Positions 56,151 through 64,000 of a stretch of DNA of 64,000 nucleotides are shown piece after piece. A program made the position numbers and the translations under genes. The notes under the pieces are model-generated. The model was not told the DNA's origin and searched no databases. It was given only the letters and a program-made list of their open reading frames with translations. The first letter of the stretch is position 1. Every line of letters begins with the position of its first letter. Location: NCBI GenBank assembly GCA_902575095.1, contig CACGPY010000001.1:68464-132463 (forward strand), written 5' to 3'. This DNA is from an uncultured Pelagibacteraceae bacterium. GTDB lineage: Bacteria > Pseudomonadota > Alphaproteobacteria > Pelagibacterales > Pelagibacteraceae.

Positions 56151-57821
56151 ATGACAAACAAAATTTTAGCACTTAAATATAGACCACAAGAGTTCAAAGA
56201 TTTAATTGGCCAAGAGGTCATGGCTAAAACAATTACAAATGCAATTAAACTTGGAAAAACTCCTAACGCGTATTTATTAACTGGAATAAGAGGTGTAGGT
56301 AAAACTACAACAGCTCGTTTAATTGCAAAAGCTTTAAACTGCCAGAAAAATAACGATCCTAAAATAAGTTGTTCGAGTGAAAAATTTTGTCCGACTTGTC
56401 AAGAAATAATAAATTCTAATCATATTGATATCTTGGAGATGGACGCTGCATCAAAAACTGGAATAGATGATGTGAGAGAATTAATAGAAAATTCGAAGTA
56501 TAGCCCAACTAGTGCAAAGTTTAAAATATTTATAATTGACGAAGTTCACATGCTTTCAAAACAAGCATTTAATGGATTGTTAAAAACCTTGGAAGAACCA
56601 CCACCAAGTTTAAAATTTATATTAGCAACTACTGAAGTAAGAAAAATACCTGTTACTATTTTATCAAGATGTCAAAGATTTGATCTTAAAAGAGTAAGTG
56701 TAGAACAACTTTGCGAACATCTTAAAAAAATTGCAGACAAAGAAAAAGGAAAAATATCTAACGATGCAATAAAATTGATTGCAAGAACTTCGGAAGGATC
56801 TGTTCGAGATTCTATATCGTTGTTAGATAGGTCTTTAATTTCTCAATCCATTAACGAAAACAAACAAATAGAGGAACCCGATGTCAGGATGATGTTAGGA
56901 TTGGCAGATAAAAGTAAAGTTGTTTCTCTGTTTAAAGAGGTTTTAAGCGGTGATGAAAAGAATGCTTTAAATATATTAAAAGAATTAATAAACGATGGTT
57001 TAGATGCTAAAAACTTTCTTAACGATATCTTAGAAGTTCTTTATCTTTTTAGTAGAAGAATTAGCCTTGGCCCAATTAAAAAAGATATGGCAGTATCAGA
57101 AACCGAAGCACAAATGATCGATCAGTATTCAAAAAATATTGATATGCAAGATATAGGATTATTTTGGCAGCTTACCATTAAGACTATTGATGATTTAAGA
57201 ATTATTGGAAATGAAAATTTAACATTAGAAATGTATATCATGCAGTTAGTACATTTAAAAGGTATAGAAACAAAAAAACAAATTTCAAATTTAGATAATG
57301 AGGGTAGTCGGACATCCAGAGATTCTTTAGTTGGAAAAAAAATTGATGATCAACCCGTAGACAATATTCCTAATCAAATAAAAAACCAACTTAAGAATAT
57401 TAATCAAATAAAATCAAGCCCAATTAAAAATTTATTGAAAGAAAATAAAAACAAAAAAATCGAAATAACAAGTTTTCAAGATTTAATAAATTTAGCCAAC
57501 AAAGAAAAAGAAATAGAACTTAAGTATGACCTTGAGAGGAATGTAAAATTAGTAAGTTTTAATAGAGGTAAAATTGATATTAGCTTTAACGAAAAACTAA
57601 ATAAAAATTTTATAAAAAATCTCACGGAAAAATTATTTTCATGGACAGGAGAAAGATGGATTATAGCTCTGAGCAAAAATAATGAAGCAAAAAGCGTTTA
57701 TGAAAAAAATTTAAAAGATAAAGAAAATACGATTAAAGAATTTGAGAAAAGTAAAATGGCACTAGATATACAAAAAGCTTTTCCCGACGCAAAATTGGTT
57801 GATTTAACAGAAGAGGAATAG
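56151..57821 (+). CDS. dnaX: DNA polymerase III gamma/tau
   Basis: LALKYRP, GVGKTT, EMDAAS, IDEVHML, SRCQRF; ATG 56151 (the ORF-track start lies inside the SRP RNA). Confidence 0.95.
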   Translation: MTNKILALKYRPQEFKDLIGQEVMAKTITNAIKLGKTPNAYLLTGIRGVGKTTTARLIAKALNCQKNNDPKISCSSEKFCPTCQEIINSNHIDILEMDAASKTGIDDVRELIENSKYSPTSAKFKIFIIDEVHMLSKQAFNGLLKTLEEPPPSLKFILATTEVRKIPVTILSRCQRFDLKRVSVEQLCEHLKKIADKEKGKISNDAIKLIARTSEGSVRDSISLLDRSLISQSINENKQIEEPDVRMMLGLADKSKVVSLFKEVLSGDEKNALNILKELINDGLDAKNFLNDILEVLYLFSRRISLGPIKKDMAVSETEAQMIDQYSKNIDMQDIGLFWQLTIKTIDDLRIIGNENLTLEMYIMQLVHLKGIETKKQISNLDNEGSRTSRDSLVGKKIDDQPVDNIPNQIKNQLKNINQIKSSPIKNLLKENKNKKIEITSFQDLINLANKEKEIELKYDLERNVKLVSFNRGKIDISFNEKLNKNFIKNLTEKLFSWTGERWIIALSKNNEAKSVYEKNLKDKENTIKEFEKSKMALDIQKAFPDAKLVDLTEEE

Positions 57822-58142
57822 ATGACAAATTTTTCTGATATGCTTTCAAAAGCAAAAGCAATGCAAGATAAAATGAAAGAAGCTCAAGATCAAATTAAAA
57901 AAATTGAAGTCGAGGGTGAAGCTGGGGGAAATCTTGTAAAGGTTAAATTGTCAGGAGATTATGAATTAAAATCCATCATCATTAGCGATGCTGCAAAAAA
58001 AGAGAAACAAGAAATAATTAATGATTTAATTATTGCAGCATACAATAATGCAAAAGAAAACTTAAAAAAAAAATCTGCTGAAGAGCTATCTAAAGTGACA
58101 GGTGGACTTAACCTACCCCTAGATTTTAAACTTCCTTTCTAA
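57822..58142 (+). CDS. ybaB: YbaB/EbfC nucleoid-associated protein
   Basis: KAKAMQ, GEAGG.LV, DLIIAA.N; between dnaX and recR. Confidence 0.92.
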   Translation: MTNFSDMLSKAKAMQDKMKEAQDQIKKIEVEGEAGGNLVKVKLSGDYELKSIIISDAAKKEKQEIINDLIIAAYNNAKENLKKKSAEELSKVTGGLNLPLDFKLPF

Positions 58143-58747
58143 TGGACAATGAAATTCCAGAAATAAACGAATTAATCCAGCAATTTTCTAAATTGCCTGG
58201 CTTAGGTCCAAAGTCAGCAAAAAGAATAATACTAAAGTTGATTAACAATAAAGATAATATGGTTAAACCTTTGGCTAAATCTTTAGCTGAAGTTTATAAA
58301 AAAGTAGTAAGGTGTGTAGACTGTGGAAATTTAAAAGTAATAGATAAAGTGTGTATTTGCTCCTCAGATAATTCTTATGACAAAATATGTGTTGTAGAAA
58401 ATTTAGCTGATATGTGGGTTATTGACTCTGCTAATATTTATAAAGGTCATTATCATATTTTAGGAGGAACATTAAACTCTAACGAAAATTATGAGCAAAA
58501 AAATCTTCTTATTGAGTCTCTTGTAAAAAGGATTAAGAAAAATAATTTAAAAGAGGTAATAATTGCTACTAGCGCTACTGTAGAGGGACAAACTACAGCC
58601 CATTATATTGAAGACTCTATTAAAAATAATAAGCTTAAGATTACCAAGTTAGCTCAAGGTCTACCTGTTGGTGGGGAAATTGAACAATTAGATGATGGAA
58701 CTTTATTTTCGGCTTTTAAAAATAGAGTTCCAGTTACCGGCGGTTAA
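58142..58747 (+). CDS. recR: Recombination mediator RecR
   Basis: [10 protein letters not shown]4 motif, ICVVE, YHILGG, EGQTTA, GLPVGG. Confidence 0.95.
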   Translation: MDNEIPEINELIQQFSKLPGLGPKSAKRIILKLINNKDNMVKPLAKSLAEVYKKVVRCVDCGNLKVIDKVCICSSDNSYDKICVVENLADMWVIDSANIYKGHYHILGGTLNSNENYEQKNLLIESLVKRIKKNNLKEVIIATSATVEGQTTAHYIEDSIKNNKLKITKLAQGLPVGGEIEQLDDGTLFSAFKNRVPVTGG

Positions 58748-60888
58748 TTACCTGCTTTTTTTTCTAATCTTTTTTGGTGGAGTAAAGGCTCTGTGTATCC
58801 TGATGGTTGAGCACGACCTTTAAATACAAGATCGCAAGCTGCAGAGAAAGCTATGGATTTTTCAAAGTTATCTGACATTTTCTGATAAGCAGGATCATCT
58901 TTATTTTGTTCATCAACAATTTTAGCCATTTTCTTCATTACTCCCAATACTTGATCTTCTTTACAAATCCCGTGATGCAACCAATTTGCAATGTGTTGAG
59001 ATGAAATTCTAAGTGTTGCTCTATCTTCCATAAGACCAACATTATTTATGTCAGGAACTTTAGAGCAACCAACACCTTGATTGATCCATCTTACAACATA
59101 TCCTAATATCCCTTGTGCATTATTTTCCAATTCACGGTTGATATCATCTATTGCCCAATTAGGTCTATCTGCAATAGGTATTTCCAAAATGTCATCAAGT
59201 TTAGCTTTAGATCTAGATTTAATTTTATTCTGTTCTTCAAAAACATTGATTTTATGATAATGCATTGAATGCAATGTAGCTGCGGTTGGTGAGGGAACCC
59301 ATGCACAATTAGCCCCAGATTTTGGGTGGCCTATTTTCTGATCCATCATATTTGCCATCTGATCAGGCATAGCCCACATACCTTTTCCAATTTGAGCTTT
59401 ACCTGAAAAACCACAACTTAATCCAACATCGACATTCCAGTTTTCATAACTGCCTAGCCAAGTAGATTTTTTCATATCTCCTTTAAAGATCATCGGCCCA
59501 GCTTCGAAAGAGGTATGCATTTCATCCCCTGTTCGATCTAAGAAACCAGTATTAATGAACACAATTCTATTTTTAACTTGCCTTATGCATTCTTTCAAAT
59601 TGACCGTAGTTCTTCTTTCTTCATCCATTATTCCAACCTTGATTGAGTATTTTTTTATTCCAAGAGCTTCTTCAACTTTTCCAAATAAATCATTTGTAAA
59701 AGCCACCTCTTCTGGTCCATGCATTTTTGGCTTAACAATATAGACAGACCCAGTTCTTGAATTTTTTTTATTTTTAAAATCATGAAGAGCACACAGTGTT
59801 GCTATAAATGCATCCATTATTCCTTCTGGAATCTCCGAACCATCTTTAAGTATGACGGCAGGGTTGGTCATTAAATGACCTACATTTCTATTTAATAATA
59901 AAGCTCTGCCATGAAGATTAATTTTATTTCCATCTTTTGATAGGTAAGTTCTATCTAGATTCAATTTTCTAACAAATTTTTTCCCATTTTTTTCCACATT
60001 GGCAGTCAAGTCACCTTTCATTAAACCTAACCAGTTACGATAGCATTTAATTTTATCCTCAGCATCGACTGCGGCAACCGAGTCCTCATTATCAATTATA
60101 GTTGAGAGAGCCGACTCAACAATGAAATCTGAGATTGATGCTTTATCTATTTTTCCAATAAAATGATTAGGGTCAATTACAATATCAATATGAAGATTAT
60201 TATTTTTTAATAAAATCGAAGCAAGATTTTCTTTTTCACCGTTATATCCAATGAATTGATCTTTACTTTTTAAGTATACTTCTTTTTTATTTAAAAGAAA
60301 AACTATGTCTCTAGCTTTAATTTTCATCCCAGAAATTTCATTCCAACTTCCGTTTTCAAGTGGAGCAATTTCATCTAAAAATTTTCTCACGTAAGCTATT
60401 ACCGTTTTAGCTCTTTGTTCATCAAAATCCTTACTTTTATTACCAGGAATTACATCTGTTCCGTACAAAGCATCATATAAGCTACCCCATCGAGCATTGG
60501 CCGCATTTAAAGCGTACCTAGCATTGTCAACGGGAACCACAAGTTGAGGACCAGCTATCGTTGCTATCTCATTATCTACATTTGTAGTTTCAATATTAAA
60601 CTTATCTTTTTCTTCAATAATATAAGAAATTGATTTTAAAAAATTCAAATATTCTTTCTTGTTTAATTCTTTTCCTTTATTTTTTTTATGCCACTCATCT
60701 AATTTTTTTTGAATGTCTTCTCTTTTTTGAATTAATTTTTTATTAATAGGAGCTAGTTCATGAACAACTTTTTCAAATTTAGACCAAAATTCATCGGGTT
60801 TAATGTTAGTTCCTGGAATAATTTCATTATTAACAAAATTTAATAATTTTGTATTAATTTTAAGGCCATTTTTCTCTGTAATACTCAT
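58744..60888 (-). CDS. glcB: Malate synthase G
   Basis: [55 protein letters not shown]. Confidence 0.96.
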   Translation of the reverse strand: MSITEKNGLKINTKLLNFVNNEIIPGTNIKPDEFWSKFEKVVHELAPINKKLIQKREDIQKKLDEWHKKNKGKELNKKEYLNFLKSISYIIEEKDKFNIETTNVDNEIATIAGPQLVVPVDNARYALNAANARWGSLYDALYGTDVIPGNKSKDFDEQRAKTVIAYVRKFLDEIAPLENGSWNEISGMKIKARDIVFLLNKKEVYLKSKDQFIGYNGEKENLASILLKNNNLHIDIVIDPNHFIGKIDKASISDFIVESALSTIIDNEDSVAAVDAEDKIKCYRNWLGLMKGDLTANVEKNGKKFVRKLNLDRTYLSKDGNKINLHGRALLLNRNVGHLMTNPAVILKDGSEIPEGIMDAFIATLCALHDFKNKKNSRTGSVYIVKPKMHGPEEVAFTNDLFGKVEEALGIKKYSIKVGIMDEERRTTVNLKECIRQVKNRIVFINTGFLDRTGDEMHTSFEAGPMIFKGDMKKSTWLGSYENWNVDVGLSCGFSGKAQIGKGMWAMPDQMANMMDQKIGHPKSGANCAWVPSPTAATLHSMHYHKINVFEEQNKIKSRSKAKLDDILEIPIADRPNWAIDDINRELENNAQGILGYVVRWINQGVGCSKVPDINNVGLMEDRATLRISSQHIANWLHHGICKEDQVLGVMKKMAKIVDEQNKDDPAYQKMSDNFEKSIAFSAACDLVFKGRAQPSGYTEPLLHQKRLEKKAGN

Positions 60889-60945
60889 AGTAACCGATCT
60901 TTACATTTTATTATAAAACATTAATAGTAGCATTATTGGCTCAAT

Positions 60946-62052
60946 ATGAAAAACTATTTAGAATTTGAAAAAGAAATAAAAGCTCTTGAACAAGAAGTTG
61001 ACAGTTTAAAAAGCCCATTTGGATCAGAGGGAATTTCTGAAGTTGATACACAAAAAATCAAGAATACTCAAAATGAAATTAATGAAAAATTAAAAGAAAC
61101 ATACGCTAACCTAAATAGTTGGCAAAGAACTCAAGTAGCTAGACATGAGGACAGACCTAAAGCAAATTTTTATATAAAAAAAATATTTTCTCAATTTACG
61201 CTATTATCTGGTGACCGCTACTTTGGTGACGACAAATCTGTAATAGCTGGTTTTGGATTAATTGATAACAAATCTGTATTAATTATTGGTCAAGAAAAAG
61301 GAGAAGACCTTAACAGCAGAATTGAACGAAATTTTGGAATGATGAGACCTGAAGGATATAGAAAATGTATTAGATTGATGAAGTTAGCTGATCGTTTTCA
61401 AATTCCTGTTATTAGTTTCATTGATACTCCAGGAGCATACCCTGGTTTAGGAGCTGAACAGAGAGGCCAAGCCTCAGCAATTGCAAATTCAATTGAGTGC
61501 TGTATGTCATTAACTGTTCCGAACTTATCAATTATTATTGGCGAGGGAGGATCTGGAGGAGCAATTGCTTTAGCTTCATCAAATAAAGTTATCATGTTAG
61601 AAAATTCTATTTACTCGGTAATTTCACCGGAGGGATGTGCATCAATACTTTGGCGCGATCCAAGTAAATCATTACAAGCAGCCGAGGCAATGAAATTAAC
61701 TGCAAAAGATTTATTAAAACTTGGTGTTATTGATGAAATAATTTCTGAGCCATTAGGTGGAGCTCATAGAGATCCAGAAAGTATAGCTGCAGATATTAAG
61801 CACTCAATTATTAAAAATTTAAAAAGTTTTGATAGTCTTAGTAAAGAGGAGATTTATGATCATAGAAAATCAAAATTTTTAAAAATTGGTAGAGGACAAG
61901 GATTTGCTAAATCTTCAAATCTTGAGGGTGGAGGGTTAAGTTATAAAGAGGCAAATTTACATAAAATGCTCACTCATGTCGAAAAAAATAAACTAATTTA
62001 TGCCGGAATAGCCTTATTAGCCCTATCAAGCTTGATTGTTTTCATTTTTTAA
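60946..62052 (+). CDS. accA: Acetyl-CoA carboxylase carboxyltransferase alpha subunit with C-terminal hydrophobic tail
   Basis: YLEFE, ARHEDRP, GMMRPEGYRK, DTPGAYPG, GEGGSGGA, VISPEG, GGAHR. Confidence 0.95.
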   Translation: MKNYLEFEKEIKALEQEVDSLKSPFGSEGISEVDTQKIKNTQNEINEKLKETYANLNSWQRTQVARHEDRPKANFYIKKIFSQFTLLSGDRYFGDDKSVIAGFGLIDNKSVLIIGQEKGEDLNSRIERNFGMMRPEGYRKCIRLMKLADRFQIPVISFIDTPGAYPGLGAEQRGQASAIANSIECCMSLTVPNLSIIIGEGGSGGAIALASSNKVIMLENSIYSVISPEGCASILWRDPSKSLQAAEAMKLTAKDLLKLGVIDEIISEPLGGAHRDPESIAADIKHSIIKNLKSFDSLSKEEIYDHRKSKFLKIGRGQGFAKSSNLEGGGLSYKEANLHKMLTHVEKNKLIYAGIALLALSSLIVFIF

Positions 62053-62183
62053 CAGTTGTTGCAAAAAAACAATCAATTTAAAAAATATTTTTACCCATTG
62101 ACTTTTATTGTTCAAATCTATTTAAAATGCATTAACTGATCTTTGATTGGTTAAAGTTAATAATAATAAGGAAAAGCAAAAAT

Positions 62184-62396
62184 ATGAGTACACTAAAAGG
62201 TAAAGTAAAGTGGTTCAATGGTACTAAAGGATATGGTTTCATTGAAAGAGAAGACAAAGAAAAAGACGTGTTCGTTCATTCTTCAGCTGTTAGAGAAGCT
62301 GGTTTAAAATATTTAAACGAGGGTGATGAGTTAACGTTTGAAGTGGAGAGCACAGAAAAAGGTCCTTCAGCAGTCAAACTGCAGAAAACATCTTAA
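62184..62396 (+). CDS. Cold-shock domain protein
   Basis: GKVKWFN..KGYGFI, DVFVH, KGP.A. Confidence 0.95.
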   Translation: MSTLKGKVKWFNGTKGYGFIEREDKEKDVFVHSSAVREAGLKYLNEGDELTFEVESTEKGPSAVKLQKTS

Positions 62397-62418
62397 TCTA
62401 AATTTCCAAAATCACTGG

Positions 62419-62464
62419 TTAACGGGGCATTAAGATAAGCTTAGCTTTTTTACTGTCCCGCTAA
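62419..62464 (+). other. Long imperfect hairpin 3' of csp (terminator or 3'-UTR structure)
   Basis: CGGGGCA (62423-62429) pairs with TGTCCCG (62454-62460), inner AAGC-tta-GCTT; followed by TTCCTCC rather than a U-tract. Confidence 0.5.
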
Positions 62465-62471
62465 TTCCTCC

Positions 62472-62500
62472 TTGAAAAAGACACAATTATTTTCTACATA
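62472..62500 (+). promoter_or_regulatory. sigma70-like promoter for the His-leader/tRNA-His/hisS unit
   Basis: TTGAAA-N17-TACATA; predicted start falls at about the ATG at 62507. Confidence 0.5.
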
Positions 62501-62506
62501 GGCAAC

Positions 62507-62584
62507 ATGATTATAATTAAAAAAGTATCTACATTAAGACACCATTCTCACAGAATGCACGCTAAGCTATTGCTTAGCCTATAA
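62507..62584 (+). CDS. Candidate His-rich leader peptide (25 aa)
   Basis: MIIIKKVSTLRHHSHRMHAKLLLSL*; four His codons within seven; upstream of tRNA-His and hisS; two internal hairpins. Confidence 0.6.
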   Translation: MIIIKKVSTLRHHSHRMHAKLLLSL

Positions 62585-62632
62585 TCAAAAATATATAAAT
62601 TTAACAAAAATTAAGATAAATATAACTAGGAT

Positions 62633-62709
62633 GCAGCAGTAGCTCAGTTGGTTAGAGCACTAGTTTGTGGAACTAGGGGTCGGTGGTTCGAATCCACCCT
62701 GCTGTACCA
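62633..62709 (+). tRNA. tRNA-His(GUG), type lacking G-1 (G1:U72, A73), CCA encoded
   Basis: GCAGCAG/CTGCTGT acceptor stem, D arm AGCTCAGTTGGTTAGAGC, anticodon arm CTAGT-TTGTGGA-ACTAG, T loop GGTTCGAATCC; base before +1 is T. Confidence 0.95.
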
Positions 62710-62713
62710 AACA

Positions 62714-64000
62714 ATGACAAAAGAAAAAAATAACAAACCTTCTAAAGAACTTCCATTAGGTTTTGTAGATAGAAAAGAAAAAGAATTACTCGTACGCGAT
62801 TTCATAATTTCAAATATTAAAGAGGTTATGATCAAATACGGCTTTCAATATCTCGAAACTCCTAGTTTTGAGTATTCAGATAGTATTGGAAAATTTTTAC
62901 CTGATAAAGATAGACCGGATGAAGGAGTATTTTCATTCAAGGATGAAAATAAATGGTTATCATTAAGATATGATCTCACAGCACCACTCGCAAGATATGT
63001 TGCAAAAAATTATTTAGAAATTCCTAAACCATTTAAAAGGTATCAATTAGGAAATGTTTGGAGAAACGAAAAACCTGGACCAGGTAGATTTAGAGAGTTT
63101 TTACAATTTGATGCAGATTTTGTGGGAACAAAAAGTTTACAAGCAGATGCTGAATTATGCGTCATGATTTCAGAAATTCTTGAAAAATGTGGTCTTTCGA
63201 AACCAGAATATACAATCAAGATTTCATCTAGGAAAATCACTGAAGAATTATTCAAAAAAATAAATATTAAAGACAACCAACAAAAACTTACCACGCTTAG
63301 AGCCCTAGATAAAATTGATAGACTTGGTTGGAATGGGGTAAAAGAATTATTAGCCGAGGGAAGAAAAGATAAATCAGGCGATTTCACAAAAGGTGCAAAT
63401 TTAAATCCTCAGGATATAAAAGTAATAGAAGAAACACTTAAAAAAAGTTCACCTGAAACAGAAGATTTAATTGAGATGTTGAAAATTTTTAAAGATTACA
63501 AGTTTAACAATTTTGAATTCGACCCATCAGTAATTCGAGGACTTGAGTATTACACAGGTGTAATTTTCGAGGTGAATTTAAAATTTGATGTAACTAACAA
63601 CAAAGGGCAAGTCATTCAATTTGGATCCATAGGAGGCGGAGGAAGATACGATAATTTGGTGAATAATTTTGGCAATTATGATGCTCCTGCCACCGGAATA
63701 TCAATTGGTTTAGATCGTTTAGTTTATGCTTTGATGCAAAAAAAAGAATTCAAAGTAAAACAATCTAAACCGATCGTGATTTGTGTGTTCAATAAAAACT
63801 CGATGAAAGATTATATAAATGTTCAAACAATATTAAGAAAAGCTGGTGTTAGCACTGAAATTTATCCTGGAGAAAGTAAATTAAAAAAACAAATGGAGTA
63901 TGCGAACAAAATTAAATCTCCAGCAGTTATTTTATACGGTGAGAATGAAATTATATCAGGGAAGCCAACTTTAAGGAACTTAGGCTCAGGTGAAGAAAAA
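62714..64000 (+). CDS. hisS: Histidyl-tRNA synthetase (3' end beyond the window; absent from ORF track)
   Basis: MTKEKNNKPSKELPLGFVD...LETPSFE...LRYDLTAPLAR...WRNEKPGPGRFREFLQFDAD...RGLEYYTG...GGGRYD...ATGISIGLDR. Confidence 0.96.
   Translation, partial: MTKEKNNKPSKELPLGFVDRKEKELLVRDFIISNIKEVMIKYGFQYLETPSFEYSDSIGKFLPDKDRPDEGVFSFKDENKWLSLRYDLTAPLARYVAKNYLEIPKPFKRYQLGNVWRNEKPGPGRFREFLQFDADFVGTKSLQADAELCVMISEILEKCGLSKPEYTIKISSRKITEELFKKINIKDNQQKLTTLRALDKIDRLGWNGVKELLAEGRKDKSGDFTKGANLNPQDIKVIEETLKKSSPETEDLIEMLKIFKDYKFNNFEFDPSVIRGLEYYTGVIFEVNLKFDVTNNKGQVIQFGSIGGGGRYDNLVNNFGNYDAPATGISIGLDRLVYALMQKKEFKVKQSKPIVICVFNKNSMKDYINVQTILRKAGVSTEIYPGESKLKKQMEYANKIKSPAVILYGENEIISGKPTLRNLGSGEEK

Noticed and set aside
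56027-56221. Minus-strand 64-aa ORF and the upstream-extended dnaX start at 56130
   Set aside because: Both overlap the SRP RNA; ATG 56151 fits DnaX homology
62644-62835. 63-aa minus-strand ORF ending WYSRVDSNHRPLVPQTSALTN
   Set aside because: It is the reverse complement of tRNA-His and the hisS start, a classic tRNA shadow
3294-63387. Many 60-130 aa ORF-track entries antisense or out of frame to recognised genes (e.g. 3294-3503, 8971-9183, 25691-25954, 41882-42166, 43339-43677, 45546-45944, 52277-52588, 63043-63387)
   Set aside because: Fully overlap well-supported CDSs, lack RBSs and motifs; typical shadow ORFs
1-64000. CRISPR arrays, prophage, IS elements, att sites, rRNA
   Set aside because: No spaced direct repeats, integrase/transposase or phage structural genes were seen, and no tRNA-His 3' duplication was noticed by eye

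Overview
AT-rich, very gene-dense alphaproteobacterial chromosome segment. Gene content and order point to SAR11/Pelagibacterales (inference): purEK, accD-folC, trpFBA, pyrF-ihfB-rpsA-cmk-aroA, kdsD-lptC-lptB, gcrA, argDF, kdsB-pheA, SRP RNA-dnaX-ybaB-recR, malate synthase G, accA, csp, tRNA-His-hisS. Most of it is housekeeping. One accessory block (~33.9-50 kb) is a phosphorus-starvation cluster: DAG kinase, PlcP-type phospholipase C, GT4, phoR, a secreted unknown, pstSCAB-phoU-phoB, sixA, ppk1, ppx, an AqpS-type channel and arsC, with two Pho-box arrays. The most notable signals are: (1) an unannotated His-rich 25-codon leader ORF directly upstream of tRNA-His(GUG), whose CCA sits 4 nt before the hisS start; (2) a frameshifted trpB with several substituted active-site motifs; (3) a structured 5' leader ahead of a small unknown gene (14.7 kb); (4) a candidate anti-SD sRNA after ppx; (5) a sigma32 promoter plus ROSE-type thermometer ahead of hsp20; (6) several small ORFs missed by the ORF track. 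No CRISPR array, rRNA, integrase or transposase was seen. All calls come from reading motifs by eye; no database search was run.
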